The notes beneath the pieces are model-generated. The model saw only the letters and a list, made by a program, of their open reading frames with translations, made no database searches and was not told the DNA's origin. A stretch of DNA of 64,000 nt from Macrostomum hystrix (lineage: Eukaryota > Animalia > Platyhelminthes): positions 24,738,001-24,802,000 of the forward strand of contig CATNEN010000001.1 of assembly GCA_950097015.1 (NCBI GenBank), in the 5' to 3' direction. Within the stretch, counting starts at the first letter, position 1. The number at the start of each line of letters is the position of its first letter. The translations under genes were made by a program, and so were the position numbers. This document shows positions 1-49,100 of the stretch, piece after piece.

Positions 1-477
1 ACTGATAAACAGCATGAGAACTGGAAGTGTCAGACTGATAAACACCATGGGAACTGGAAGTGTCAGACTGATAAACAGCATGGGAACTGGAAGTGTCAGA
101 CTGATAAACAGCATGGGAACTGGAAGTGTCAGACTGATAAACAGCATGGGAACTGGAAGTGTCAGACTGATAAACAGCATGGGAACTGGAAGTGTCAGAC
201 TGATAAACAGCATGGGAACTGGAAGTGTCAGACTGATAAACAGCATGGGAACTGGAAGTGTCAGACTGATAAACAGCATGGGAACTGGAAGTGTCAGACT
301 GATAAACAGCATGGGAACTGGAAGTGTCAGACTGATAAACACCATGGGAACTGGAAGTGTCAGGCTGATAAACACCATGGGAACTGGAAGTGTCAGACTG
401 ATAAACAGCATGGGAACTGGAAGTGTCAGGCTGATAAGCACCATGGGAACTGGAAGTGTCAGGCTGATAAACACCAT
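1..477. repeat. 33-bp minisatellite (ATGGGAACTGGAAGTGTCAGACTGATAAACAGC), about 14 copies, intronic
   Basis: Near-perfect tandem units visible; explains ORF 14..487 (MGTGSVRLINS repeats). Confidence 0.95.
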
Positions 478-507
478 AAGCCGCTGACTTTTGCGCTAAT
501 ATTCCAG

Positions 508-36739
<36,232 letters not shown>

Positions 36740-37929
36740 ATTGCGTGAACACCCGAATTCCTTGCCTGCCACTCTTCTTAAGCTCTTGAAAAATCTGCCA
36801 TGAGTCTCGGGGAGGGTCTCTTAATAATTTTGAAACAAAAAATAATAATTTTGAAAGCTAAACACTAAGTTCGTCCACTCTCGATGACTCGATGGATTTT
36901 TTTATGAGTTTTCATCAAGAAATCTATAGGTCGTCGCTATGTAGTACATAAACTGTCGTCAAGGGTCTCTCTCACTCACACATACGCCGCCCTGCATCCA
37001 GTTCGCAATTTTTTTTGCAAAGCAAAACAATATTGTCACCGTGATTCATTCTGTTGTCTGTGTTCTGTCTGATTCTCGCTCTGCTCCAGTCCTGTCGCAT
37101 TGTACGTGAGGTCGATTTGGCACATGTATTCGCAACGCCAATCAAGCATGACCGTCATCTTTACTCGCAGTCTGTCCTCTTGCTGTTAGTTGATACTGTA
37201 AAAAATCAATCAACTGTTAAACACGTCAACAGCCGCTCTCGTATTCGTTTGTAGAAACAATTTGCTTTAACATTTATAGTAGCGGTATATGCAGAACTGG
37301 TTTAATAGTTGTGCTTATTTTTTGCTGGAAATGTGAATTTAATTTCTTGATTCGTCAGTTGATTCAAACCGTAATTAACTTACTCAGTGAGACTCTCACT
37401 GCTCTGCCACACTTTTATATTTAGATTGATTCTTACTAAAGAATGAGTACCCACTTTTATTGTAGAAGTCTAAATTCTTACTTGTTAAACTTATTTTTCG
37501 AGTGTCCAATGCCTATAAAAACTGACCACTAGCCCCGATTGAACGGAGCACAATTTGAACTCACTTGCATGCACTGCAGACGTGCTGTCTCCTCAAGCTA
37601 AGGCCTGAGCAATACAATATACTCTATGGTAGATCGATTGACAAATTTTCGAAACGGGCTTCGCGACTCAGAACTTACAATAATGCCTTTTTTCAACCGT
37701 GATAACTTTTCGATAGAATCGCCATGGTTGAACGAAATGCGGCTGTTGTCTTAGCTCTAATACGAAAGTTAGCCTAATTTCAATATTCAATATTCTTTGT
37801 TCAGATTTGCTTTGCCAGAAATCTAAATGACCAAGCACTAATTGCTGCTAGCGATTAAGCAAACTGTCGAATCAGTACTTTATCGCACAATGATTAGTTT
37901 TAGATCTAACCAATGACCTCTAGTGGCTA

Positions 37930-37935
37930 AATAAA
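37930..37935 (+). promoter_or_regulatory. Candidate polyadenylation signal of MPDZ
   Basis: First AATAAA I found downstream of the stop codon. Confidence 0.35.
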
Positions 37936-38168
37936 CAAGCGTTTTACTCTTGAGCTGTGGAAGGGAACTTCAAAGCAGATTTTTTAGTCGTTATTTAGAA
38001 AGCGATATTAATAATTTATTTAGTAAATTTGATAAAGTTCTGGATATTTTTAAACTTGGAACAACTAGTTGCACTGTGAAAGTGCATGTATCGTACAGTA
38101 AGCAATTCTTTGACTGGGGATTGTCTGACTACACATCATCAGAACCATGTGTCCAATCGGTATTTTAT

Positions 38169-38516
38169 TCATTTCGATCGATCGATTTCAAACACAGAAG
38201 CTCCTTTGTACTGATTTTGCACCTGCTGAACCACATCCTCAGTTCGCGGAGTGCTGAGGTAGGGCCGCAGGGTGCGCGAGTAGATTAGCTTGCCGTTCAG
38301 CAGCACATCGAAGCGTTCGTCGCCAAATTTGTCTCGATCGACTTCGAATCCTTCAATCGAGAGGTTGCCAGTGATCTTCTCTGTATAGATGCCGCGTGCC
38401 AGGATGTCGAATTGATCGCGATAGGCTGGGCTAAACCTCACATCGACTCTCACTCCGAGATCTTCTTCAATCCCCTGACGGGTTGAAGAGTCCTTGGATA
38501 TTGTGTCAGTGCTCAT
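38169..38516 (-). CDS. Rdx-family (SelW/SelT/MIEN1-like thioredoxin fold) protein, 115 aa, no Cys or Sec
   Basis: GVRVDVRF...LARGI...LSIEG...FDVLLNGKLIYSR...P.TEDVVQQV aligns by eye with MIEN1 GVRIVVEY...LASAV...IEIES...FEIEINGQLVFSK...P.EKDLIEAI; ATG in AAAATG context; minus-strand AATAAA at 38015-38020. Confidence 0.75.
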   Translation of the reverse strand: MSTDTISKDSSTRQGIEEDLGVRVDVRFSPAYRDQFDILARGIYTEKITGNLSIEGFEVDRDKFGDERFDVLLNGKLIYSRTLRPYLSTPRTEDVVQQVQNQYKGASVFEIDRSK

Positions 38517-39913
38517 TTTTAAGAAATCAAATAGGCGATTAACTAAGCTTGATAAATAGTGCCTCAATCAAAAGCTCTGTCAGTGCCATCAGTAAATTTT
38601 ACACGCATGTAATATATAGTTAGAGTGTCTATGAACAAAAAGGAATGTATAGTATAGTCTTTAATTGGGCAGTAACATTTGTTTTCACGAAATTTTGCTA
38701 CACTTAATTAAGCCCAAATTTAATTTATGTGAAACTGTGATGCGCTGAAATGCGTGATGTGATACTGAAATGAAATATATATGCAGTAAGTGCCAAATTA
38801 AAGTTTAAAACGAGACCCTATAATTAGCCTCGTCTAGTCTCATTATGTGCAGCAGTTGGGATACAGATAGTGCACCACCAGTTAAAATTTGGAAGAGAAA
38901 AAAAACTGGAAAATTAAAATTTGCACTTCGAACTACAATTAAAACACAAATCAAGCTCCCTAAATAGCACAACCGCAAGATTAAATTGATCAGATAACAT
39001 ACGAAGCTCTAGCAGCAGAGTTTTATATTCTTTGATCAAATGAAATTACAGAGATTGTATTATCTGATCAATCATCACAACAGCTGATAACTAATAATTG
39101 AGACTCCAAATTCCTTGCACAACGTAATCACACACATTCCTTTTTTGGCTTGATTTTTATTGCACACTGTTTTTTATCCCTAATTTCCGTTGTTTTTAAT
39201 CATTGTTTGTATGCCATACGAGCTGCCATGCAAAACATTTGCATATTTTTCTCGCAAAAATGCAGTACTCAGTATAAAAAAATTAAAACATAAAAAGAAA
39301 TAACATGCATCCCAAAAAGTTAAATAATTTGAATTCTACAAAAATAAGAATCGCACAATGAGCATGACAATGACAATGAGCATAATGAGCATGAGCAACA
39401 CTATATTTTTAGTCACACCCTAAGCCTAAGGGGATGATGCTTAAATTGTTTTAGTATTTTATTCCTTGAATCATTTAAAATGAATAATTTATATCTAAGG
39501 ACAGGGTTATAAATCAATCGGACTTAAGGAAGTCGAGCTTTCTTTTTATTTTATTACGAAAAATTTTTTTCGATATATATATATTTTTATTTATATTACA
39601 AGTTTTTTCTTTAATTTATTTTTAAGATGCCAATCATGGGACTTATGCATAGTAATTAAGCATTTTATATTTAGTTTTAGTGCTCAAATGTAAAACTGTT
39701 TGAGTAATGCTAGATGTCAATGTTGCACTAATTTAAAATAATTTACTTCGCTAATGATTATTTCTTTTTACCGGCAAGAATCTGTTCGTATATATATTGT
39801 TAGTAGTTTCTCTGTCGTTGCAATCTCAATAGACTTCAATTGCACATCCTTTTTGCTCCTATCTTCCATCAGCCAAAATTCAGTTAACATCTGGTTTGGA
39901 GTAAAAGGCTAAA

Positions 39914-40154
39914 ATGGCGGACCAGGCCGAAGCTAGCCTGGATCAGCCTGTAGCAGATGTAACGATTGCCGATCCTGAAAAATTTAAGAAATATCTTCTT
40001 AGGGTTGCCCAATGCCACTTTGAGGATGATGATGCTCATTTAGACAAAAAAATCATAGCAGCGCTAAATGAGAAGCAAACTGCGGACAGCATTAAAAAGT
40101 TTCTATCTGATCAACAAGTTCCAACTTTGATCATTCAAAGGCAGTCTGTTAAAG
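39914..40154 (+). CDS. DYNC1H1: DYNC1H1 exon 1
   Basis: MADQ...[16 protein letters not shown]; aaag|gtaaat donor. Confidence 0.85.
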
Positions 40155-43100
40155 GTAAATTGCTACTTAATGATGGAAAAGAGTTAGTCTGTCTGGATGA
40201 AAGCTATTGGAAAACTAGTTTTATAAATTTGGTCTAATTTCGTCTCTCCTTTGAATTATTAGATATTGTAATAGACTTAGCCAAAGCCCATAAGTCATAG
40301 TCACTGCCTACACTTAAAATAAGACTCAGTCAAATGTGATGTTTAAGAATTTAAGGTGTAAAACAGTTAATACATTTTTATTTATGCGCCTTCTTCTGGT
40401 GTTGTAGATATATTTCTTAGCTACTAATAAATGAATTTAAATGAAATCTAGCTTGAATCTTTACTAGTTTAATTTAGCTATTTTTAATCATGACATTTAT
40501 AGGGTCATCAACCGAACAGTGTGTCTTCAAAACCAAACAAGAACCTTAAAATAAGATTAAACCAGTCACTCAAATTTTAAAACCAAACATCAAATTCTCC
40601 ATTCAGTTTGATGATGTATGAAAATCATTGTTTAGTTTTAGATGAGAAACATGAATAACTTTTTTCCTATTTGACAAAATAGCAAAAGCATATACTTTTT
40701 TGAAAGTTATAAATGCTTTCTATAACTTGGCTTTTGATTTATAATCATATCTTAAACAGAAAATCTGTAGCTGGGTAATTCCATAAGAAGGTCATCAATG
40801 GGACATTATTTTTGTTTTCTATATTTAAAAAAATTTATATTTCCAACAAGTAAATAATTATATATAGTTTTATGTTTAAGTAGTTTTAAACATATTTATC
40901 TACCTTTAGGTATATATTTTTTGTTTTGATCATACTACCCATACAATCATTTCAATGTTCCGCGGGACATTATAAAAAGTTAATATAGTTTTCATTAAGG
41001 AACTAATTAGTCTTAAATTTAACTCAGAGAATATAAATATAAAAATAAATAAACTTTATTAAATCTAAAAACTGAAATAAAAAAGTTTTATGACCTAATA
41101 TATTTCTTTTTATCATAACTTTTGTTTTGAAAAGTTAAGGCTTTGCTTTTTAAAAGAGTAAAAAACGACCATCATTTTTTTTAATGAAAAGTTGTTTTAC
41201 CAAGTTCAAAAGGCTTGTGAAGTAATTTTTTGCTAAAATATTTCATTAGCCTATGTCCAAGTTAAATTTTCTTTTTTGTTAGCATGTGATAAGTTTAATA
41301 TGCTTAAAAAACCCTGCAAAGTTACCCAACGACCATCATTTCCTGGCATTCTTAAAACCTGTATATTTTCAGAAAACATTAATACTGTTCTCAAGTTGTG
41401 TATTTTTAATCAATTTTTCTTGTAAAAGGTTCTTGTGTCAATTTTAAAGACAATACATGCTCTTTGAATTCAAGCCTTTAAGAGAAACTGTTATCTTTAT
41501 TTCATCCTTTTTTAAATGCATGCCTTAAATTAATTTTCGACATGTACTATTAAAGTTGGTCCTACTATCCCTTTGTTAATTGTTTCATGCACAATTACTT
41601 CTATCAACTGATTAGCCACCTTTATGATTACCTATTCAGGCAATCTTGAAGTTTAATGTTTTGTTGAAGGTACAAGTACATGATGGTTTGATCTGAAATG
41701 GGAGATTAGTGTAATACATTTTATGGTTAGAAAAGCATTAAATATTTGTATTAGAACTAATATTAGTTATAAACAATCTTAAAACCACGATATTATCCAA
41801 AATAGAGAGATTCCTTATGTTGTTTTAAAAAATGATGGTCATTTTTTGAAACAAACGACCGTCAGTCCAACGACCGTCATCTAAGAAAATGCAAGCAACA
41901 CACTTAGAACTGGCTACTAACATGTGAAATTTGTTTATAACTGTTTATCTAGCTATTGTTTTCTACAACAAATGATTGATTGAGACAAAAACTTGCCTGA
42001 TTCGCAGGAATCTTGAACTTCCGTTGAAAATTTGAATCTGTCAACTTTCACCAAAAACGACCATCATTGAAAGTTTCTGTCTGCTACATTAACACAGTAA
42101 ATAAAATTACTTTAAAATGTATATTATTTTAATCTAGAGGTCACACCCATCAATATAGAACATAAAAAGTCTCGAGTTAGTTTGTCTTTAGTACAAATAT
42201 TTATTATTATGTACACCAACACAATGACCGTCATCTCATGGAATTAGCCAGCTTAGGTTCGAAGTTAAAAAATCCATATTCTTGTTTGGTTGATGATACA
42301 TTACCCTATTGTTTATAGAGTTTATTTGGTGTAGCAAACATGTAAATGAAAATAAGGCCTTTAGAAATGCCCTACTATATTTCTAATTATTATAGTTAAT
42401 GCAGAAACTGACCACCACTCAACTGAATTTGGCTTGAATTGAATTTGTTAAATATGCAATTAAGTTTTTTCAAGCACTATGTGTTAAAGTAAAAAAAATT
42501 TAGCAAACAACTTTTTTTGTTGCACTGCCACATTGTTTTGGCCATAGATATACCTATACCATCACATCATGTCATTCAAATCTTATACAAGTTGAAGTAT
42601 TAAGTTAGGGACTCTAATGAGTAAAAAAAACAAAAAAATTGAAAAAGATAAACAATGCCATGTTCTGATGAAAAAATAACATAAATTTTAGGTTAAGAAA
42701 TAAAGCCTATTATCAATAGAAAGAAGATAAAATTTATTTTACAACAAGTGTTTTTATGCTACAATTAGTGCAAAAACAAAAGGTTATATAATGGTGCCAA
42801 AATTTGTTTTTTAAAGCATTCACTGTGTGATCAAAATTTAGAAAAAAACTACCTTACGTAGAACTCAAATCTATCTGGTCATCTGGATCATAGCCCCTTA
42901 TGGGAAAAATACATTATGATAAAAACAACTAAAATATTGATCAAAAAATTGTTAATGTTTTTATTACTTGACCAATTTTGATGAGTGAGGTGTCTTTTAA
43001 CTGAGACAAGCAAGATCTGTAGCACAAGAAAACCAAAAATATGGAATTTTTTATTTTTAATTTCTCACTGGAGCCCCTTACTAAGTTATAGTTTTTATAT

Positions 43101-46100
43101 TATTTTTATATTTATCTTTTTATATTAAATAAACATAAAAAACTAGATGATTTCAGTAAATTTTTAGATACTCTTTTTTTTTCTTAATGGCCCTTTTTTA
43201 GTTTTTAATATGCTAGTATACAAACAAATGCATTATTATAGCTATTTGTTTTTTCAGTATAGACAAAATAGCTAAATATATAAAATTATACCATGAGGGC
43301 AAATCAGGTAATTAGTATGGAGATATAAATTAGCATATTATACAATATTTGCCAAGTCTAGTTATTATGTATTTTTAGTACCATTTATTATAGCATGACT
43401 AGAAAATATTAAACCCATTATAATTTTAACTAAACTAATAGAAACATTAAGTTATAGAGATTTCAAAAGAATATAAAATCTTACTCTTGTCTACTAAGTT
43501 GTAGGAGGTCAACCTTACTCTTCAGGTTCAGGAGATAATATTACAAAGCTAGTTGATATATATTAAAGCTATTTTAGCTTCTAAAACTTCTATAAATTTT
43601 GTTATAATAAATGTGGATTGATGTTTTCCTTATTTCAGGTTAAAAATATTGAATTTTGAAAATGTAATTTAGGTTTTGATTTTGAATATATTTTGAACAT
43701 ATGCCTTAAAAACTCTTCATAAACTTAATTTGGAATTTAATTTATGCTTTAACAAACTAGTATGAGTTGCTTTTGCTGCAATGCTCCTTGGTGATTGTTA
43801 TGAGCAGGTACCTCTTGGGACAATGAGAACAGGATAATTTTGATGTCCAATTATAGCATTTTAATGTGAATTTAGTTAAGCATTTTTTTCTGTTGGTGAA
43901 TGACAGCATCAAAGAAAATATAAGTATTATCTAGGTCTTTAGTAGTGATTGCACTTGTTAATAACATATTCAAGTAAGTGTAAGGGTGAATCAATAACTA
44001 TATTATTCACTAAGAACAATTGAACAATTTTTGCACCACAGATGAAGAGAATGAGGATGAGGCCAGTGCTGGAGATGCATCCTACACCATCAGTCCTGAA
44101 GTTCATTATGTCAGCTCCAAGATGCAAAGGTGAGAGATTTACTATTGATCAATGGACTCATGATTTTTTTGTTTTATTACATCAGTGTGTGAGTATTTCA
44201 ACCACCTGTATGAACCCTCTATTTCTCAGTGTGGTGCTCATCAAGCGAGGCCCTTTTGTTGAGGCAGACAAAGGCTTCTCTGCCCAGCTGCGAGTCTTTA
44301 GCTTCGGCGACGGTTCACCCTACGAGACACTGCACTCGTTCATTAGCCACGCTGTTGGGCCCTATTATAAGTCCTACATGCGAGAGAGTGGCAAGTCTGA
44401 CCGGTGAGTTCAATTTCATTCATTCATCTAACCATGCTATTCAGATTTAAGTTGTGGGCCCCAGAAACTGTTAAATTATCCACGTAATCCATGTTTGTTT
44501 TGTTTGTGGTTATTTGCGCTTCACAATGTCAATCTGCAATATCTGCACTAAAGGTTGTCTATTTGGATTTTTGTAGTAATTATTTAATATTGCTGTTCAC
44601 AAACTAAGCTTACAGTAGATGTAACAAAAAAGTGTATTCAAACAGCGTTAGTCTCTCAACCACTTGACTTTAGTCCAGTTCAGTAGCTAGGTTCAGTCCA
44701 TTCTTATCATAGCATTGTGTTGAATAATTACTCAATATTATTTAGCCAATTCTAGTGTTCTATCACAATTGTATTGTTCTAGCTAGTTCATCAAGTGCCG
44801 AGTCTATTGTTTTTATATAGTTGCCCACTTTTGCCATTGAAATGAGTAACATCCACCTGTAAGATTATAGCAACGATGTAGCTGTGGTGAAAATATATTT
44901 ACTTTGTGATACATTATTTTGCTCTGCCACTTGCTAACAATAAAACAGTGTTATATGGTTATTGGTTATCTGTACCACAGCATAGCAAATAGCAAGGTAA
45001 TTTTATTCTGATGTTTAATCCAATGATAATTGCTTGACACTGTCACACAAATCACCTAACACGTCACTTGCACACCGTTCCCTTTTTATTAATTTGTTAG
45101 GCATGGCATTGGAAGGTATTGACAGATAACTTTTATTGATAAAATTTAATTATAATTGCTTCTGTTGGCTTGCGTATAAAATTCATTGACGTTTCTTAAT
45201 CAGTACAGGCTTTAACTTTGTGCATGATTTTCGATTTGTTAATTCAGATTTTTTGTTTAGCATGTCTAATTATAACGAAATAACTATCGCATAACTATCG
45301 CTGTCGAATGATTCTTAGTGAAAAATTATGGCAGTTTAAAATACTGCTAGCTGTAAGCAGTATAAGTTGATAAAAATCACAATAATCTAACCATTGTTCC
45401 GCGTTGTTACCTAATTGTTGTTTGTGTTGTTAATTTATATTGCATAAAGTTTTAAATTTTAAAGTTTCTAGTTTCTTATTTTGTATTATAGATCTGACAA
45501 GATTACACTAATTTGTTTCCACCTATGCTCTGCAGTGCAGTAATCTGATGTTTATTTGCAGTTGGCTTTTCTAACGTAGAGGCACAACTAAACTGCTCTT
45601 GTTAATTACTGTCATGCTTATATCTTCGGATAGTTTTTTTGCAGCATTTTCAATATAAAGCTGCTGCATGCATATACCTTATTTTGTTTGAGAAGAATTT
45701 TCCAATCGACTATTAGCGCTGCACCCGAAGGCACCATTCTGATTAACGGCTAGTCAGTGCAGATATGCATCAGCGTGAGTGTGCGCCTGTGTGTGCGTAT
45801 GTGTGCTTAGGGATTAGCTAAATAGGGAATATAACCTAGCCCGTACTAATAGTATCATTATTATTACATTAGCTAGCTTATCTTCTAATGCACTTTGCGT
45901 TACTTGCTTCTACGTCATGAACTATTTATACATTGACTTTATACAGTATGTTAATAATCTTCCCGTCCATTTAAAAACTAACCGAATGATATAATCCATC
46001 AACAGGGACGGCGACAAGCTGGCTCCGGCCGTTGAGAAGAAGATCGCAGATCTAGAGATTAACCTGTTGCACCTGCAGCAGAACATAGACATACCGGAGA

Positions 46101-49100
46101 TCACTCTGACGCCGCATCCGGTTGTTGCTGCCATCATAAAGAAGTGCAACGAAGAGGGTCGCCGACCGAAGGTCACCGATTTTGAGGATAAAATTGAGGA
46201 CTCGCAGTTTCTCAATGCGCTGCAGTCCGGTGTAGCCAGATGGATCAAGGAGATCCAAAAGGTGAGAAAACTTACTAATGCCCGTTAGGCTTTAACAGTT
46301 AGAAGGCCAAGCTATTTTCCACTGGGAAAAGTAGCTACTATACCCACTGCCTACCTCACGACAGCTTCAACGCTGAATGACCACTTTAAGTGTAAGTCCA
46401 CCATGTGGAACAAAATTTAACCTTAACGATAAAATAACTTTAAAGCTGTTCCACATCAGCATCTTCGAGATTTTCAGTGATTCTTTGAGACCCCGGTGAC
46501 AACAACAACTAGCATTGCTCAGTATAAACCTCTATGAGGGATCCTTGCTGGTTCAAATATAAATTAATAATGAATAATAGAAGCCGACATGGTTCCAGGT
46601 TAAAAGTTTGTGAGCAGAACAGTTGTGCCTATAATAGTGGTTCTTCCCGCTAAAAAATAGGGATGTTTCTTTGGGTGATTCCAGTTGGAATCTTCGGTGT
46701 TTCCAGAAAAAGAAACAGCCGACCGCTGGAAACATACCAATCGGATGGTTACATGCTTAGAATCTACCCAACTGGGCGTTTTCTCGGTGCTTCTTGGTGG
46801 CGAAATGGAATCATCCAAAGAATCCTCCAGTTCGGAAGATTCCATGCTCAGAAACCGCCGAGGAATCGCCCGTAAATAATTCTCTGGTTGTCCCATGGGC
46901 TACTGGTTCGGGTGATTCTTCGGCGGTTTCCGCACAATTTACGGTTACATCGGCTGCTTCCTGGGTGGTTTCTTTAACTCTTGCGAGATAGGGGGGATTT
47001 CGGTAGATTCCACTCCTATTTTGCACAAAAAACCCGCCGAAGAAGCAGCCGAATTTTTTACAGGGTTGCCACTGGACAGCCTAATGAGGATCGTTGAATA
47101 TCTCGACAATGCCGATGTTTTGTGATTCTGGAGATTAATGGCGATTGGTTCAATGTTTTGGTAGATTCATTAAAAATCTGTAGGTATTTGACATGACCAC
47201 TTGGTCTTGACCAATGACCAATATCTCGAATACTCAAGGAAGCCTCTAAGCAGATAAACCTTAATCGCGTAATTATTTCTGTCTGAGAACGCCTTAGTCA
47301 GACAGTTTATAAAGTGCATGCATTAAATTTCACATTGTTTGCGATCAATACCTATAGACTCTCTGAGTTTTGCTCTAGTGCCTAGTTGTCTGTTGACTTT
47401 CCTTTCAGATTGGAAATTTTTTATTTCCTCTCTTTCCCTTATCGCTTGCAGCTGTTCCATTAGGCTAGACTCTCTTTCACGCGAACACGGACTGCTTTGC
47501 GTCCGTGTGCAATAAGCCCTGGAATTTAACAGACAAAAAACCAAGGCAAACTGAAGCCATATGTGCTTTGTCGTTTGATTATTGATTGGTTTTTATCGAT
47601 TTTTCTTTAGAAGGCAAGAGACAGAAATTCTGTTTTGTGGAATATTCTTCCGTTGTGGAAGTCTCAGAGCGCCTCTGAAACCAGTGCCCGTGTGTAAAGT
47701 GTTAAAAGTGATGCTGTTCTCAACTTAAATACATTTCGTACATTTATTACAGATATTCAAAAGAACAGAATTTGAATCCGAAAAGCCAAGCAGTTACTAC
47801 TTAAAAGTTCATGTCAGAATAATGGCTTTGAGCTTTGATGAGATGCGTTAAAACGCTACCTGCGATAATGCTAAGTGCCAGAGTTAATGCTTGGGACCGG
47901 GGGGTGAGTGGCAGAGCGGTTAACGCGTTTGCCTCTCGCACCACGGTCCCTAAGTTCGATTCCACGGCGAGGCCACATTTATTTGGGGCGCAGCCGCGGA
48001 GAGAAGGCTTTGGGGGCTTGTCGTGCAATTGACGCCCTTGAGGGCCAACCTCCAAAGCACAGTGAAGTGTACACTGCCTGATGATGAGAAAGTCAGGGCA
48101 GATGTACACACCTGTGTGAGCGTATACCTGCGTACAGTATCTTTGTGCGTGTGTGCTCAGGAGTCAGCGAAACGGGCAGAATTGCCTCCTCGCTGGCTGA
48201 GGGTCTAGTGTCACTAAATGATGTTCCATTGCCCGCAGCCCTCCTGCAATTATTTTTATTATTATTATGCTTGGGACCCGGCCCAGACATGTCGAAAATT
48301 TCAAGCAAATGGCGGAGTCCGGTAGATATAACTTAATCATATGAATTGTTAGCTGTGCCGCAGCGAATGCGATAAATTAGGCTGCAACAGTCCAGGGCGT
48401 GATCAGTTTGTGAATTAAGAAGTTTCGTTTAATAAATCGATGGCTTGACTTTTGACTATACATACTGACGATGTGATAATTAATGTTACCGAAAGTCTCT
48501 ATTCGCATCGAAGTCTTCTGTATCAATCTATGTTGCAATTTATAATTTTAGCGAAACTTCTTTTGTCTTGTCTTTGGCCATTCAGTTTTGTTACTTACAG
48601 TAGAGCAGAGCGCATAATTTCCAATGGATTTCATTTTCATTCAGGTTACCAAACTAGATCGCGATCCGGCTTCGGGCAACGCCCTGCAAGAGATCAGCTT
48701 CTGGCTCAATCTGGAGCGAGCCCTGTTCAAGATTCAAGAGAAGCGAGAAAGCATCGAAGTCACCCTGACGCTGGACATCTTAAAGCACGCTAAACGATTC
48801 CACGCCACTGTCTCGTTCGACTCCGACACCGGATTGAAATCCGCTCTAGGCGTTGTCAACGATTACAATCCACTGATGAAGGACTTCCCGCTGAATGAGC
48901 TGCTGTCCGCTACGGAGCTGGACAAGATCAAGCAAGCCGTTGTGGCCATATTTGGTCACCTGAAGAAGATCAGATCAACCAAGTACCCAATTCAGCGCGC
49001 TCTCCGCCTGATTGAGGCCATCTCACGTGATTTGAGCAATCAGCTGCTCAAAGTGCTCGGCACAAGGCGCCTGATGCACATTCAGCACGAAGAATTCGAA

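Noticed and set aside
38085-38145. SECIS-like hairpin (ATGA...AA...GA) in the 3' UTR of the Rdx-like gene (minus strand)
   Set aside because: The non-Watson-Crick quartet is out of register by one base, the AA spacing is off, it lies only about 30 nt from the TGA, and there is no UGA at the catalytic position. At most a relic; SECISearch would test it.
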